Assembly: GCA_963790965.1 (NCBI GenBank)
Contig: CAWBQO010000002.1
Location: 273,651-337,650, forward strand
From: an uncultured Bacteroidota bacterium
GTDB taxonomy: Bacteria > Bacteroidota > Rhodothermia > Rhodothermales > DASSAV01
Direction: 5' to 3'
Length of the DNA stretch: 64,000 nt
In this document: in pieces, positions 49,448 to 58,008 of the stretch
How positions within the stretch are numbered: position 1 is the first letter of the stretch
How the letters are laid out: the number at the start of each line of letters is the position of its first letter
The notes under the pieces: generated by a model
What the model saw: only the letters and a program-made list of their open reading frames with translations
The model's database searches: none
What the model was told of the DNA's origin: nothing
Program-made: the position numbers and the translations under genes

Positions 49448-52400
49448 TTACGCAGCAAGGTCGCTCGCCAGAGGCACCATCAAAGTCACGGAGGTGCCGT
49501 CACCCGGATGGCTATCTATTTCGAATTCGCCGCCGAAGAGACGGAGTCGTTCGCGCACGTTCGAAAGGCCGAAGTGGCCGGAAACACTACGATCGAGGTC
49601 CAAGGCCTCCATCTCAAAGCCGCAACCATGATCCGTTACAACGATCACGAGGTTCCCATCGGCATCCTTCAGTTCGATGGCGGCCGCTTCCGTATCGGCG
49701 TGCTTGGCGACGTTAAACAGCAACTCGCGGATGGACTGGAAGAGGAGCACGCGCATGGCCTCGCTGGGAATGCGGAAAGCGTGCGCGGCCCGAAGTTCGA
49801 TCTTCAGGTTGTGAAGCTCTTCCATTTGCCAGACAAGCCACAGCAGCGTGTCGGTGAGGCCCTCCCCTTTCAGGACCGGCGGACTGAGGTCTACCGTCAG
49901 CCGCCGCGTGATGCCGATGGCATCGGAAATCCAGCTGTCTACCTCCTTCCAGGCCGCCGTGCGTGCTTCGCCGTCCGCCGTCTCGGAGACCTTGCGCACG
50001 TGCGCCATCTTGAGCTGCACGGCGTAGAGCATCTGCTGCAGATCGTCGTGGAGGATCTGCGAAATGCGGTGGCGCTCTTCCTGCTCGGCCATCGTGAGGC
50101 GCGCAGCCAGTCCGCGCAGCTGTTCCCGCTGGGCGGTGACCTCGCGCGTGCGCTCGGTTACCCGCTGCTCCAGATGCTCATTCAGGTCGTGCAGCTGGTC
50201 CTCCGTCTCCTTTCGGCGCGTGTTGTCGCGGAGCACCTTGGCGAAGCCGCGAAGGGAGCCGTCGCTGTTGCGAAGCGCGGTCATGACGCCGGATCCCCAG
50301 AACTTGGAGCCGTCCTTGCGGAGGTGCAAGCGCTCGTCGGCCGACTGCCCGTTTTCAGCCGCATGGGTCAGTTCCAACATCGGGACGTTCTTCTGCCGAT
50401 CTTCCTCGGTAAATATTGCAGCGGCGTTCAGCCCGACTGCCGCCGCCTCGGCGTAGCCGAAGATGCGCTCGGCACCGGCATTCCACCTCGTGATGATGCC
50501 TTGCTGATCCATGATGAAGATGGCATATTCCTCCACGCTCCGCATGAGCAGCCGGTACTGCTCCTCGCTTTCCCTGAACGCCTGCTCGACGGATCGCTGC
50601 TCGTTAATATCCGTATTCATGCCGACCCATCCCCGGATGGACCCCTCCTGGGTGCGCCGGGGCACGGCGCGCATGGTCGTCCAGTGGTAGCCTCCGTCGT
50701 CGGCTCGGCGGATGCGAAACTCGTCCGCGAAAGGCACGCCTTCTTTAATACTCGTCTGCCACGCGCTGCGGGCGCGCTCGCGGTCGTCCGGATGGAGGGC
50801 GTTCAGCCAACCGGTGCCTTCTGCTTCGTCGAAGCGTTGCCCCGTGAAGCGACGCCACGAAGGAGACTCCTCGACCATGGCACCCGTAGCGTCCGTGGAC
50901 CAGACCATTTGCGCAGACGCCTCCACGAGCGCGCGAAAACGCTCTTCGCTTTCTCGCACGGCCAGTTCCGCCGACCGTCGCGAAGAAATGTCGATCAGCG
51001 TGATTACAACGCCCTCGATGTGGTCCGTCGTGCTGCGATAGGGCAGGATTCGCACGAGGTACCATCTGCCCTCCTCATCCTGGGCTTCGCTCTCGATGGG
51101 AACGAGGCGGCGAAGAACGCTTTCGGCGTCCTTCCGGAGCGCGTCGTAGCCGAGGCGGTGCGTGAGGTCTGAAAGCGGCCGCCCGCGGTCGGTGGCGCGC
51201 ACGTTAAAGATCTTGCCGACCTGGGGCGTAAAGCGTAGGATGCGCAGATCGCGGTCGAGAAAGAGGGTCGCGATGTCGGTAGCGATCATCAGGTTCTCGA
51301 GGTCGCTCGAAAGCTGCGCGAGTTCTTCGACTTTGTGGCGGTTCTCCTGGTTGACGGTCTGCAGTTCCTCGTTGATGGATTGCAGCTCCTCCTTGCTCGT
51401 TTCAAGCTCCTCCATGGTCGAGCGCAGTTCCTCGTTGGCGGACTGAAGCTCCTCGTTGGAAGCCTTCATTTCCTCCTGGCTCGACTCGTACTCTTCAATG
51501 ATGCCTTGCAGCCGGCGGTTGGTAAGGTCGAGTTCCGTTTCCAGCTCCACGAGCCGCGGATTGGAGCCGTTGCCATCAACGCGCCCGGATGCAGGCGGCT
51601 GAGCGGCAGCCATGTCGTGCTCCGATGCGGTCTCCCGTTCGTCGAAAATGACGAGCACGAACTCCGCCTGGCGCGGCTCGAGCGCCGGCCGGACGTGGAG
51701 CACCACCGCCCGGTCTTCCCCATCGATGGAGACCGGAAGGGGCTTGGTCGTCGTAGAGCGGCCGTGCTCGACGGCCCGGTGAAGCGCGGCGCGCAAGTCT
51801 ACCCGGAACTCGGGCCGGATGATCTTGAAGATGTTCGTCGTCGGCTCGCCGCCCGGATGGAGGAGGTATCTACCGGCGTGCTCGGAGAAATGGACGACCT
51901 TTGCGTCCGGGCCGAGCAGCAGGCTCGGCGGAGCGAACTGCTCCACGACGCGCTGATGAATGCTGCCGTAGGCCGGCGGCTCCATGACCCGTTTGCCGTC
52001 TTCCGGAATAGTTAGAGTGCTTGAACGCAGGATTGGGAAGACCGGCAGGTGCTGCATGGGTGCCGGAATGTCCCGCTTCTCGAAGATGCCAAACTCCTTG
52101 TTTTCGACGCGGAACAGCTCCTTGCTCTCGATGGTCTCGGAGGAACCGAGGATGAGATAGGCATTGGGGCAGAGGGCGTAATGAAAGACCTCCATCACGT
52201 CCGACTGCACGTCGCGCTGCAGGTAGATGATCAGGTTGCGGCAGGAAATGAGGTCGATGCGGGAGAACGGCGGGTCGCCGAGCAGATTATGCGGCGCAAA
52301 TACGACGAGCTCGCGCACCTCCTTCCGCACGCGGTAGGAGCCGTCTTCCTTGTGGAAAAAGCGCCGGATGCGCTCCTCGGAGACGTCCGTCGTGATGTCG

Positions 52401-53608
52401 CCGGAGTACAGCCCGTCACGCGCCGTTTTGAGCGAGCGCTCATGAAGGTCCGAGGCGAACACCTGTATCTGCGGAGACGGCCCTCCGCGCCGCTCGGCTT
52501 CTTCAATCAGGACCATCGCGAGCGAGTAGGCTTCCTCGCCGGTCGCGCAGCCCACCGACCAGACGCGCACCGTGTCGGACGACCCTTTTCCCTCGAAGAG
52601 CCGCGGTATAATATCGCTCTGGAGGTACTCGAAGACCGCTTCATCCCGGAAGAAGTTGGTGACGGTAATGAGGAAATCATCGGCGAGGGCGCGTATTTCC
52701 TCGGAGTCTTCGCGCAGCCTTTCGAGGTAGCGGGAAAGCTCCTCGACGCGGGCGAGCTGCATGCGGCGCCGGATTCGGCGCATGATGGTCGAGCGTTTAT
52801 AGCGGCTAAAGTCGCGCCCGGTGCGCGAGAGGATCTGAGCGAAAATTTTATGCAGCAGCCGCGACTCGTCCATCTCCTCGTGGGCGGCCTCATCGGACTC
52901 CGAAATGCGCGGTCGCACAGCGGCCAGTTCGATGATGCGCTGAGGCATCTCGTCCAGCGGCAGGATCAGATCGGCCAGTCCGGTGGCGATGGCGCTCTGC
53001 GGCATCCCGTCGTACTCGGCCTCGTTCGGATCCTGCACAATGATGAATCCGCCGCGCTCCTTGACGTCCTTGATGCCGAGGGTACCGTCGGACCCGGTGC
53101 CCGTGAGGATGATTGCAATCGCGTGGGAATCGTGGGTCTGAGAGAGGGTCCGAAGGAAGTGATCGATGGGCGCGCGTTCGCGGCGGCGCTCTTCGAGCGG
53201 CGTCAGGCGGAGGTGCGTGTCGATGGTGGAGAGGTTGCGCCCCGGGGGAATGACATAGACGTGGTCCGCCTCGAGTTTCGTGATCTCCCTGACCTGCTGT
53301 ACGGGAATGTGAACCTGGGGCTGGAGCAGGTCGGCGAGGTGGCTTTCGTGGTCCGGGGAGAGGTGGACGACGACCACATAGGCGAAGCCGCTCCTCTCGG
53401 GAACATGGCTGAAGAACTCCTTGAGGGCCGCCAGCCCACCTGCTGAGGCACCGATGCCGACGACGGTCGGATTAGAAGGTGTGTCGGAAGAGTCTGAAGT
53501 TTCAGACGGGGCAGATTGCAGTTCCATCGAGGGCCTGTGGACGGGAGTCGGACGCAAGTATTGTAAAAGAATATAAGCACCTATCGCTCGAAACAATGGC
53601 GAAAGCAT
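49448..53608 (-). CDS. Multidomain CheB methylesterase - CheR methyltransferase - coiled coil - PAS x3 - HisKA_3/HATPase sensor histidine kinase
   Basis: CheB: VVGIGASAGGLAAL...ILTGTGSDGTLG. CheR: TNFFRD...VWSVGCATGEEAYSLAMV...CRNLIIYL. Heptad segment: SQEEMKASNEELQSANEELRSTMEELETSKEELQSINEELQTVNQE. PAS S-boxes. HisKA_3: ERHRISQILHDDLQQ. ATPase: VTDHGCGF...GHFGLSNVRERL. An alternative start is MELQSAP at 53527. Confidence 0.9.
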   Translation of the reverse strand: MLSPLFRAIGAYILLQYLRPTPVHRPSMELQSAPSETSDSSDTPSNPTVVGIGASAGGLAALKEFFSHVPERSGFAYVVVVHLSPDHESHLADLLQPQVHIPVQQVREITKLEADHVYVIPPGRNLSTIDTHLRLTPLEERRRERAPIDHFLRTLSQTHDSHAIAIILTGTGSDGTLGIKDVKERGGFIIVQDPNEAEYDGMPQSAIATGLADLILPLDEMPQRIIELAAVRPRISESDEAAHEEMDESRLLHKIFAQILSRTGRDFSRYKRSTIMRRIRRRMQLARVEELSRYLERLREDSEEIRALADDFLITVTNFFRDEAVFEYLQSDIIPRLFEGKGSSDTVRVWSVGCATGEEAYSLAMVLIEEAERRGGPSPQIQVFASDLHERSLKTARDGLYSGDITTDVSEERIRRFFHKEDGSYRVRKEVRELVVFAPHNLLGDPPFSRIDLISCRNLIIYLQRDVQSDVMEVFHYALCPNAYLILGSSETIESKELFRVENKEFGIFEKRDIPAPMQHLPVFPILRSSTLTIPEDGKRVMEPPAYGSIHQRVVEQFAPPSLLLGPDAKVVHFSEHAGRYLLHPGGEPTTNIFKIIRPEFRVDLRAALHRAVEHGRSTTTKPLPVSIDGEDRAVVLHVRPALEPRQAEFVLVIFDERETASEHDMAAAQPPASGRVDGNGSNPRLVELETELDLTNRRLQGIIEEYESSQEEMKASNEELQSANEELRSTMEELETSKEELQSINEELQTVNQENRHKVEELAQLSSDLENLMIATDIATLFLDRDLRILRFTPQVGKIFNVRATDRGRPLSDLTHRLGYDALRKDAESVLRRLVPIESEAQDEEGRWYLVRILPYRSTTDHIEGVVITLIDISSRRSAELAVRESEERFRALVEASAQMVWSTDATGAMVEESPSWRRFTGQRFDEAEGTGWLNALHPDDRERARSAWQTSIKEGVPFADEFRIRRADDGGYHWTTMRAVPRRTQEGSIRGWVGMNTDINEQRSVEQAFRESEEQYRLLMRSVEEYAIFIMDQQGIITRWNAGAERIFGYAEAAAVGLNAAAIFTEEDRQKNVPMLELTHAAENGQSADERLHLRKDGSKFWGSGVMTALRNSDGSLRGFAKVLRDNTRRKETEDQLHDLNEHLEQRVTERTREVTAQREQLRGLAARLTMAEQEERHRISQILHDDLQQMLYAVQLKMAHVRKVSETADGEARTAAWKEVDSWISDAIGITRRLTVDLSPPVLKGEGLTDTLLWLVWQMEELHNLKIELRAAHAFRIPSEAMRVLLFQSIRELLFNVAKHADTEAAAIELKDADGNLVIVVTDHGCGFEMEALDLDRSVSGHFGLSNVRERLRLFGGEFEIDSHPGDGTSVTLMVPLASDLAA

Positions 53609-53708
53609 GTCGGACGTGATTTTCCCACCTCGAGAGACTGTTGATTGGGTTTATTCAGGCTTTAATGACGGGTACGTGTTCGCCACACTTCAACAGCCTC
53701 TTAGCAGC

Positions 53709-53744
53709 CGGGAGAACAGATCCTTCGCTGCGCTCAGGATGACA
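53709..53744. repeat. Repeat family A, copy 1 (CGGGAGAACAGATCCTTCGCTGCGCTCAGGATGACA)
   Basis: Read directly. It is identical over 36 nt to copy 2 and shares the 31-nt core CAGATCCTTCGCTGCGCTCAGGATGACA with copy 3. It contains the short internal inverted repeat ATCCT/AGGAT. Confidence 0.85.
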
Positions 53745-53901
53745 CCTTGGGGGGTGGAGGATGATGAGAGATGGAGATCTTTTAGTGGCACGATATGTCG
53801 TGCTCCTGCGTACGCGGTGGTGATCCTTGCACGGGTGGCAACCTCTCCGTCTCTGCGTCTCTGCGTCAAACAAGCCGTGCTGGGATGAAGGCTTTGCCCG
53901 G

Positions 53902-53981
53902 TTGAGGAGGTCCCTCCGCGCGGCGGCGGATGATGCGGTCTCATGAAGAGGGTCGGTAGCGCCGCCTTGTTGGGATGACAC
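53902..53981. repeat. Repeat family B, copy 1 (about 80 nt)
   Basis: TTGAGGAGGTCCCTCCGCGCGGCGGCGGATGATGCGGTCTCATGAAGAGGGTCGGTAGCGCCGCCTTG is identical over 68 nt to 54199-54266. After 2-3 nt both copies continue with GGGATGACAC. Confidence 0.9.
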
Positions 53982-54076
53982 ACTGGTCGGGCGGAGAAAG
54001 CGGGACCGGGATGAGCACCTGAAAGGCCGCACCCTCCCAGCGTGTCGTGCCGGCGAAGCGGAGCATCTCGGCTTTC

Positions 54077-54112
54077 CGGGAGAACAGATCCTTCGCTGCG
54101 CTCAGGATGACA
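54077..54112. repeat. Repeat family A, copy 2
   Basis: It is identical over 36 nt to 53709-53744. It continues GCCGGGG, as copy 3 does. Confidence 0.85.
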
Positions 54113-54198
54113 GCCGGGGGGCGGGGCGGAGGATCACGGGCGGGGCGTTGTTATTCTTTTTCGGGGCGACGGGCAGGCGGGGGGTGCGTTGTTGCCTC

Positions 54199-54279
54199 TT
54201 GAGGAGGTCCCTCCGCGCGGCGGCGGATGATGCGGTCTCATGAAGAGGGTCGGTAGCGCCGCCTTGGTCGGGATGACAC
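54199..54279. repeat. Repeat family B, copy 2
   Basis: See copy 1. It is a direct repeat 297 nt downstream. Confidence 0.9.
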
Positions 54280-54381
54280 GTGGGGGGCAGGTGTCTTACG
54301 GGTACGAACGATTTTGACGCAGAGACGCGGAGGCGCAGAGGTTTTGATCCCGTGGGGTTTGCGGCATTCGCCCGGAGGCCT

Positions 54382-54409
54382 GTAGGGGCACGATAGTTCG
54401 TGCCCCTAC
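54382..54409. repeat. 12-bp-stem hairpin GTAGGGGCACGA-TAGT-TCGTGCCCCTAC (family H; weaker relative at 53788-53803)
   Basis: Perfect inverted repeat read directly. The core GCACGATA..TCGTGC recurs at 53788-53803 as GCACGA-TATG-TCGTGC. Confidence 0.8.
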
Positions 54410-54418
54410 TGCGAAAGG

Positions 54419-54453
54419 CAGATCCTTCGCTGCGCTCAGGATGACAGCCGGGG
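54419..54453. repeat. Repeat family A, copy 3
   Basis: CAGATCCTTCGCTGCGCTCAGGATGACAGCCGGGG is shared with copy 2. Confidence 0.85.
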
Positions 54454-54486
54454 AGTGTGGGTGGTCGCCGTGTGCCGCATAGAAAA

Positions 54487-54512
54487 AGGCAGCCCGCTTG
54501 CGCAGGCTGCCT
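54487..54512 (-). terminator. Rho-independent terminator of the sdh operon
   Basis: AGGCAGCC (54487-54494) pairs with GGCTGCCT (54505-54512) across a 10-nt loop. On the minus strand it is followed by TTTTTCT. It lies ~25 nt downstream of the sdhB stop. Confidence 0.6.
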
Positions 54513-54537
54513 CCTGTTTGCCGCACTGTATGGCGGC

Positions 54538-55257
54538 TCAGTAGCGGGCCGTGACGGCGCGGCGCTTGAGGGCGGAGAGCCAGCGTGTGATGTCGATCTC
54601 CTTCGGGCAGGCTTGCACGCAGTTAAAGATCGTGTAGCACTTCCAGAGGCCTTCGTTCGAGTCAACGACGCCGAGACGGGTGCCGCCGGCATGGTCGCGC
54701 GTGTCGAAGGTGTAGCGGAAGGCCTTCAGCATGGCGGCCGGGCCGAGATACGTCGGGTCCGCCCACGTGCTCGGGCAGGAGTGCGTACATGCTCCGCACA
54801 TGATGCACTTCGTCGCGTCCTCGATCACCTCGTGATCGTGGGGACTCTGCAGGCGCTCAAGCTCCGGCGCGGGGTCGTTATTCATCAGCCACGGCATGAC
54901 GGCGCGGTACTTGTCAAAGAAGGCCGTCTGGTCGACCACCAGGTCCTTGATGACCGGCACGGCCGGCAGCGGGGCGTAGGTGATCGTGTCGCCGTCCTTC
55001 GAGACGAGGTCCTGGACAAGGATCGAACAGGCGAGTTTGTTCTCGCCGTTGATCTGCATGGCGTCCGAGCCGCAGATGCCGTGCGCGCAGCTCTTGCGGA
55101 AGGTGAGCGTCCCGTCGATGTGCCACTTGATGTGCAGCAGCACGGCGAGCGCGCTGTCCATCGGCTCGACGGGCACCTGGTAGGACTCCCACTTGGGCGC
55201 CTCGTCCGCTTCGGGGTTATAGCGCTTGATCTTAACGTTGATATTCATGCTCAGCAT
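54538..55257 (-). CDS. sdhB: Succinate dehydrogenase iron-sulfur subunit
   Basis: The 2Fe-2S motif is CAHGICGSDAMQINGENKLAC, the 4Fe-4S motif is CIMCGACTHSCP and the 3Fe-4S motif is CYTIFNCVQACP. Confidence 0.95.
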   Translation of the reverse strand: MLSMNINVKIKRYNPEADEAPKWESYQVPVEPMDSALAVLLHIKWHIDGTLTFRKSCAHGICGSDAMQINGENKLACSILVQDLVSKDGDTITYAPLPAVPVIKDLVVDQTAFFDKYRAVMPWLMNNDPAPELERLQSPHDHEVIEDATKCIMCGACTHSCPSTWADPTYLGPAAMLKAFRYTFDTRDHAGGTRLGVVDSNEGLWKCYTIFNCVQACPKEIDITRWLSALKRRAVTARY

Positions 55258-55293
55258 CTATTTACGGCCGGGCCGGTTCTGGACCGCCGTTAA

Positions 55294-55491
55294 CTAAGTC
55301 TTAGCCCATTCGATAAAAAACCCCGCCCAGGCGAGAGTGCTTCCGGCCGCAAGCGTCGCGGCGTAGAAGAGGAAGAGGCGCGGCCCTATCCGTTCTTCCG
55401 AGCGCTGCCGCCAGGCCCGGTATAGCCCGTCGAGGCTGATCAGGGACACAACGACGGCGACAAGCAGCAGGCGATCCAGCGTCCAGTACAT
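55294..55491 (-). CDS. Possible small two-TM membrane protein between sdhA and sdhB
   Basis: Track ORF 55294..55542 is trimmed to MYWTLDRLLLVAVVVSLISLDGLYRAWRQRSEERIGPRLFLFYAATLAAGSTLAWAGFFIEWAKT. It has two clear hydrophobic helices. I recognised no homology. Confidence 0.4.
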   Translation of the reverse strand: MYWTLDRLLLVAVVVSLISLDGLYRAWRQRSEERIGPRLFLFYAATLAAGSTLAWAGFFIEWAKT

Positions 55492-55606
55492 ACGCGGCGG
55501 GGGCGGAGAAGCGCGGGGCATCGGAGGCGCGCTCGCGCGCACCTTCCTGAACTAAGCCCTGCAGTTCCATCTGTTCCATGATCTTCTCCCTCAGCGCCGG
55601 CACCGA

Positions 55607-57340
55607 TCAGTACTTGCGCACCTTCGGCTCAAAATCCTTGATGCTCACCTTTTTGTAGGAGAACTCGAAGTTACCCTCGCCGTCGGCGGTGTAGAGCGTG
55701 TGCTTGAGCCAGTTGGTGTCGTCGCGGTCCGGATAGTCTTCCCGCAGGTGCGCGCCACGGCTTTCAGTGCGGTGGAGCGCCGAGGCGGCAATGCCTTCCG
55801 CATAGTCGACCATGAAGTTGATCTCCACGGCGTCCATCAGGTCCGTGTTGAAGATCTTGCCCCGATCCCGAACAACGACTCCCTTGGCGCGGCGGCGCAG
55901 CTCGGGCATGGCGTTCACAGCGGTGGAGCACGTTTCTTCATTGCGGAAGACGGACACGTTGTCCATCATCGTCGCTTGCAGGTCCGTGCGCACCTTGACG
56001 ATGCTTTCGCCGGTATTGGCCATAAGCCCATCCAGCATATCGCGGGTCCACTTTTCGGCACCCTCCGGCATGGACTCCTTCTTGCTGTTACCGCGAATCT
56101 CTTCGGCCATGGCCATGCCCGCGCGGCGGCCAAAGACGACGAGGTCGGTAAGAGAGTTCGTCCCGAGGCGGTTGGCACCGTGGACGGACACGCAGGCGCA
56201 CTCGCCAATGGCGTAAAGACCGGGAACCGTTGTTCCGCGCGTCGCGCTTTCAACGCGGCCGTCGTAGTCCGTGGGGATGCCGCCCATTGCGTAGTGGGCC
56301 GTCGGCGCAATCGGAATCGGCTGCGTGACGGGGTCGATGCCCATGTACGTGCGCGAGAACGTGGTAATCTCCGGCAGCTTCTTTTCGAGCACGTCCGCGC
56401 CGACGTGCGTCATGTCGAGCAGGACGTAGTCCTTACCGTTCACCCCGCGCCCTTCGCGAACCTCCTTGTAGATGCACTGCGAGACGAGGTCGCGCGGCGC
56501 GAGGTCCTTGACCGTCGGCGCGTAGCGTTCCATGAAGCGCTCGCCCTCGCCGTTGCGGAGGATACCGCCTTCGCCGCGCGCGCCCTCTGTGATGAGGATG
56601 CCGAGGCGGTAGAGGCCGGTCGGGTGGAACTGAACGAACTCCATGTCCTCGAGCGGCAGCCCGTGGCGCAGCATGATCGCCATGCCGTCGCCCGTTCCGG
56701 CGTGCGCGTTAGAGGTCGTCTTGAAGGCCCGTCCGTAGCCGCCCGTCGCGTAGCAGACGATCTTGGAATGGAACGTGTGCAGATCGCCCGTGCGCACGTC
56801 ATAGGCAACGACGCCGGCGCAAGCGCCGTCAGGCGTCATCACCTGATCGAGGACCTGAAATTCGTCGTAGAAGCGGACGTTGTTCTTGACGCACTGATCG
56901 TAGAGCGTGTGCAAGATGGCGTGGCCGGTACGGTCGGCCGCGTGGCAGGCCCTTCGCACGGGCGCTTCGCCGAAGTTGCGCGTATGGCCGCCGAAGCGCC
57001 GCTGAGAGATCTTGCCCTCCTTGTTGCGGCTGAACGGGACGCCGTAGTGCTCCAGTTCGATGATCGTGCGGGGAGCATCCTTGCAGAGAATCTCGATGGC
57101 ATCCTGGTCGCCGAGGTAGTCGCTTCCCTTGACCGTGTCGAAGGCGTGCCAGAGCCAGTGGTCTTCCTCTTCGTTGCCGAGCGCTGCGCCGATCCCGCCC
57201 TGCGCGGCACCGGTATGAGATCGAAGGGGATGGAGCTTGGAAACGACGGCAACGTCGGCTCCGCCCTCTTTGGCGTAGAGCGCCGCCATCAGCCCGGCAC
57301 CACCGGCACCGACGATGACAACGTCATGTGAGAAGGTCAT
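55607..57340 (-). CDS. sdhA: Succinate dehydrogenase flavoprotein subunit
   Basis: FAD fold [14 protein letters not shown], covalent-FAD histidine context [14 protein letters not shown] and the C-terminal [12 protein letters not shown]. Confidence 0.96.
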   Translation of the reverse strand: MTFSHDVVIVGAGGAGLMAALYAKEGGADVAVVSKLHPLRSHTGAAQGGIGAALGNEEEDHWLWHAFDTVKGSDYLGDQDAIEILCKDAPRTIIELEHYGVPFSRNKEGKISQRRFGGHTRNFGEAPVRRACHAADRTGHAILHTLYDQCVKNNVRFYDEFQVLDQVMTPDGACAGVVAYDVRTGDLHTFHSKIVCYATGGYGRAFKTTSNAHAGTGDGMAIMLRHGLPLEDMEFVQFHPTGLYRLGILITEGARGEGGILRNGEGERFMERYAPTVKDLAPRDLVSQCIYKEVREGRGVNGKDYVLLDMTHVGADVLEKKLPEITTFSRTYMGIDPVTQPIPIAPTAHYAMGGIPTDYDGRVESATRGTTVPGLYAIGECACVSVHGANRLGTNSLTDLVVFGRRAGMAMAEEIRGNSKKESMPEGAEKWTRDMLDGLMANTGESIVKVRTDLQATMMDNVSVFRNEETCSTAVNAMPELRRRAKGVVVRDRGKIFNTDLMDAVEINFMVDYAEGIAASALHRTESRGAHLREDYPDRDDTNWLKHTLYTADGEGNFEFSYKKVSIKDFEPKVRKY

Positions 57341-57369
57341 AGCGTTCTATGGCAAAGTAAGAATCAAAA

Positions 57370-57963
57370 TCAGGGAAGGAGCGCCGTCAACTCGGGGCCG
57401 CTCATGCTCCACCCGGCCGTGACGACCGAGTACAGCCCGATGACGAAGAGCACGAGCGCCACCGTCCAGGAGAGCGTCTTCGCGACGACGCGCATCATGT
57501 CGTTGCGGATGTAATCGCCCATGACGTTGTTCAGGCCATAAAAGCCGTGATGCAGGGCGAACAGCAGAAAGAGGATGTTGAAGCCTTTCCAGAGTACGGC
57601 ATAGACGGGATCGGCGAGGCGCGTCATAACCACGTCGTAGGACGTAACCTCCGGCTCGCCGGCGCGTGGCGGCGGCAGAAGTCCGGCGGCGCGGCGGGCG
57701 CGGACGGCTTCGAGCGCGGCTTCGGGGTATTCAGGATAGCCGCCGGCCGCCACCTGCTCGGCCGACTCAACGGCCGGACTGGACTCGACCGCGGCCTCGT
57801 CCGTGGACCCGATCACGCTGTGCGTAACGGTCGCGAGCGAGGTGTCGTAGTGCTGCACCCAGAAGTGGGTGATCAGCATAAAGATGAGGAAAGTGCCCGT
57901 TATGCGGGCGAGAAACCAGTTGAACGCATTCGACTGGGCTGATTTTCCGTAGGCGTGCGCCAT
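57370..57963 (-). CDS. sdhD: Succinate dehydrogenase hydrophobic membrane anchor subunit with a long loop insertion
   Basis: It occupies the position between sdhC and sdhA. Its TM helices are ITGTFLIFMLITHFWVQH, FNILFLLFALHHGFYGL and SWTVALVLFVIGLYSVV. About 80 aa of Ala/Glu/Pro-rich sequence separates helices 1 and 2. Confidence 0.8.
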   Translation of the reverse strand: MAHAYGKSAQSNAFNWFLARITGTFLIFMLITHFWVQHYDTSLATVTHSVIGSTDEAAVESSPAVESAEQVAAGGYPEYPEAALEAVRARRAAGLLPPPRAGEPEVTSYDVVMTRLADPVYAVLWKGFNILFLLFALHHGFYGLNNVMGDYIRNDMMRVVAKTLSWTVALVLFVIGLYSVVTAGWSMSGPELTALLP

Positions 57964-58008
57964 GATGCTTAGAGCGTATCAGGGAAAAAGGACGGGGCCG
58001 AGTCGGGA

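Noticed and set aside
53700-54460. Possible CRISPR array
   Set aside because: The repeats belong to several different families, have irregular spacing (96-300 nt) and mixed orientation. There are no uniform repeat-spacer units and no cas genes in the window.
53655-54692. Track ORFs inside the repeat mosaic (125, 97, 196 and 76 aa; peptides such as HPERSEGS, VILSAAKDL, GARTIVPLQ)
   Set aside because: Their sequences are direct translations of repeat units A, B, C and H in different frames, and the same peptide recurs wherever the repeat recurs. They were treated as non-coding repeat DNA, not genes.
55700-57331. 543-aa ORF antisense to sdhA (and similar long antisense ORFs at 9525-10661, 13468-14328, 15137-16207, 29656-31212, 35542-36573, 44970-46019, 46583-47563, 49508-51172, 52049-53446)
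   Set aside because: All lie opposite genes with strong family motifs and all have Arg/Gly/Ala/Pro-biased compositions. They are treated as non-coding shadow ORFs.
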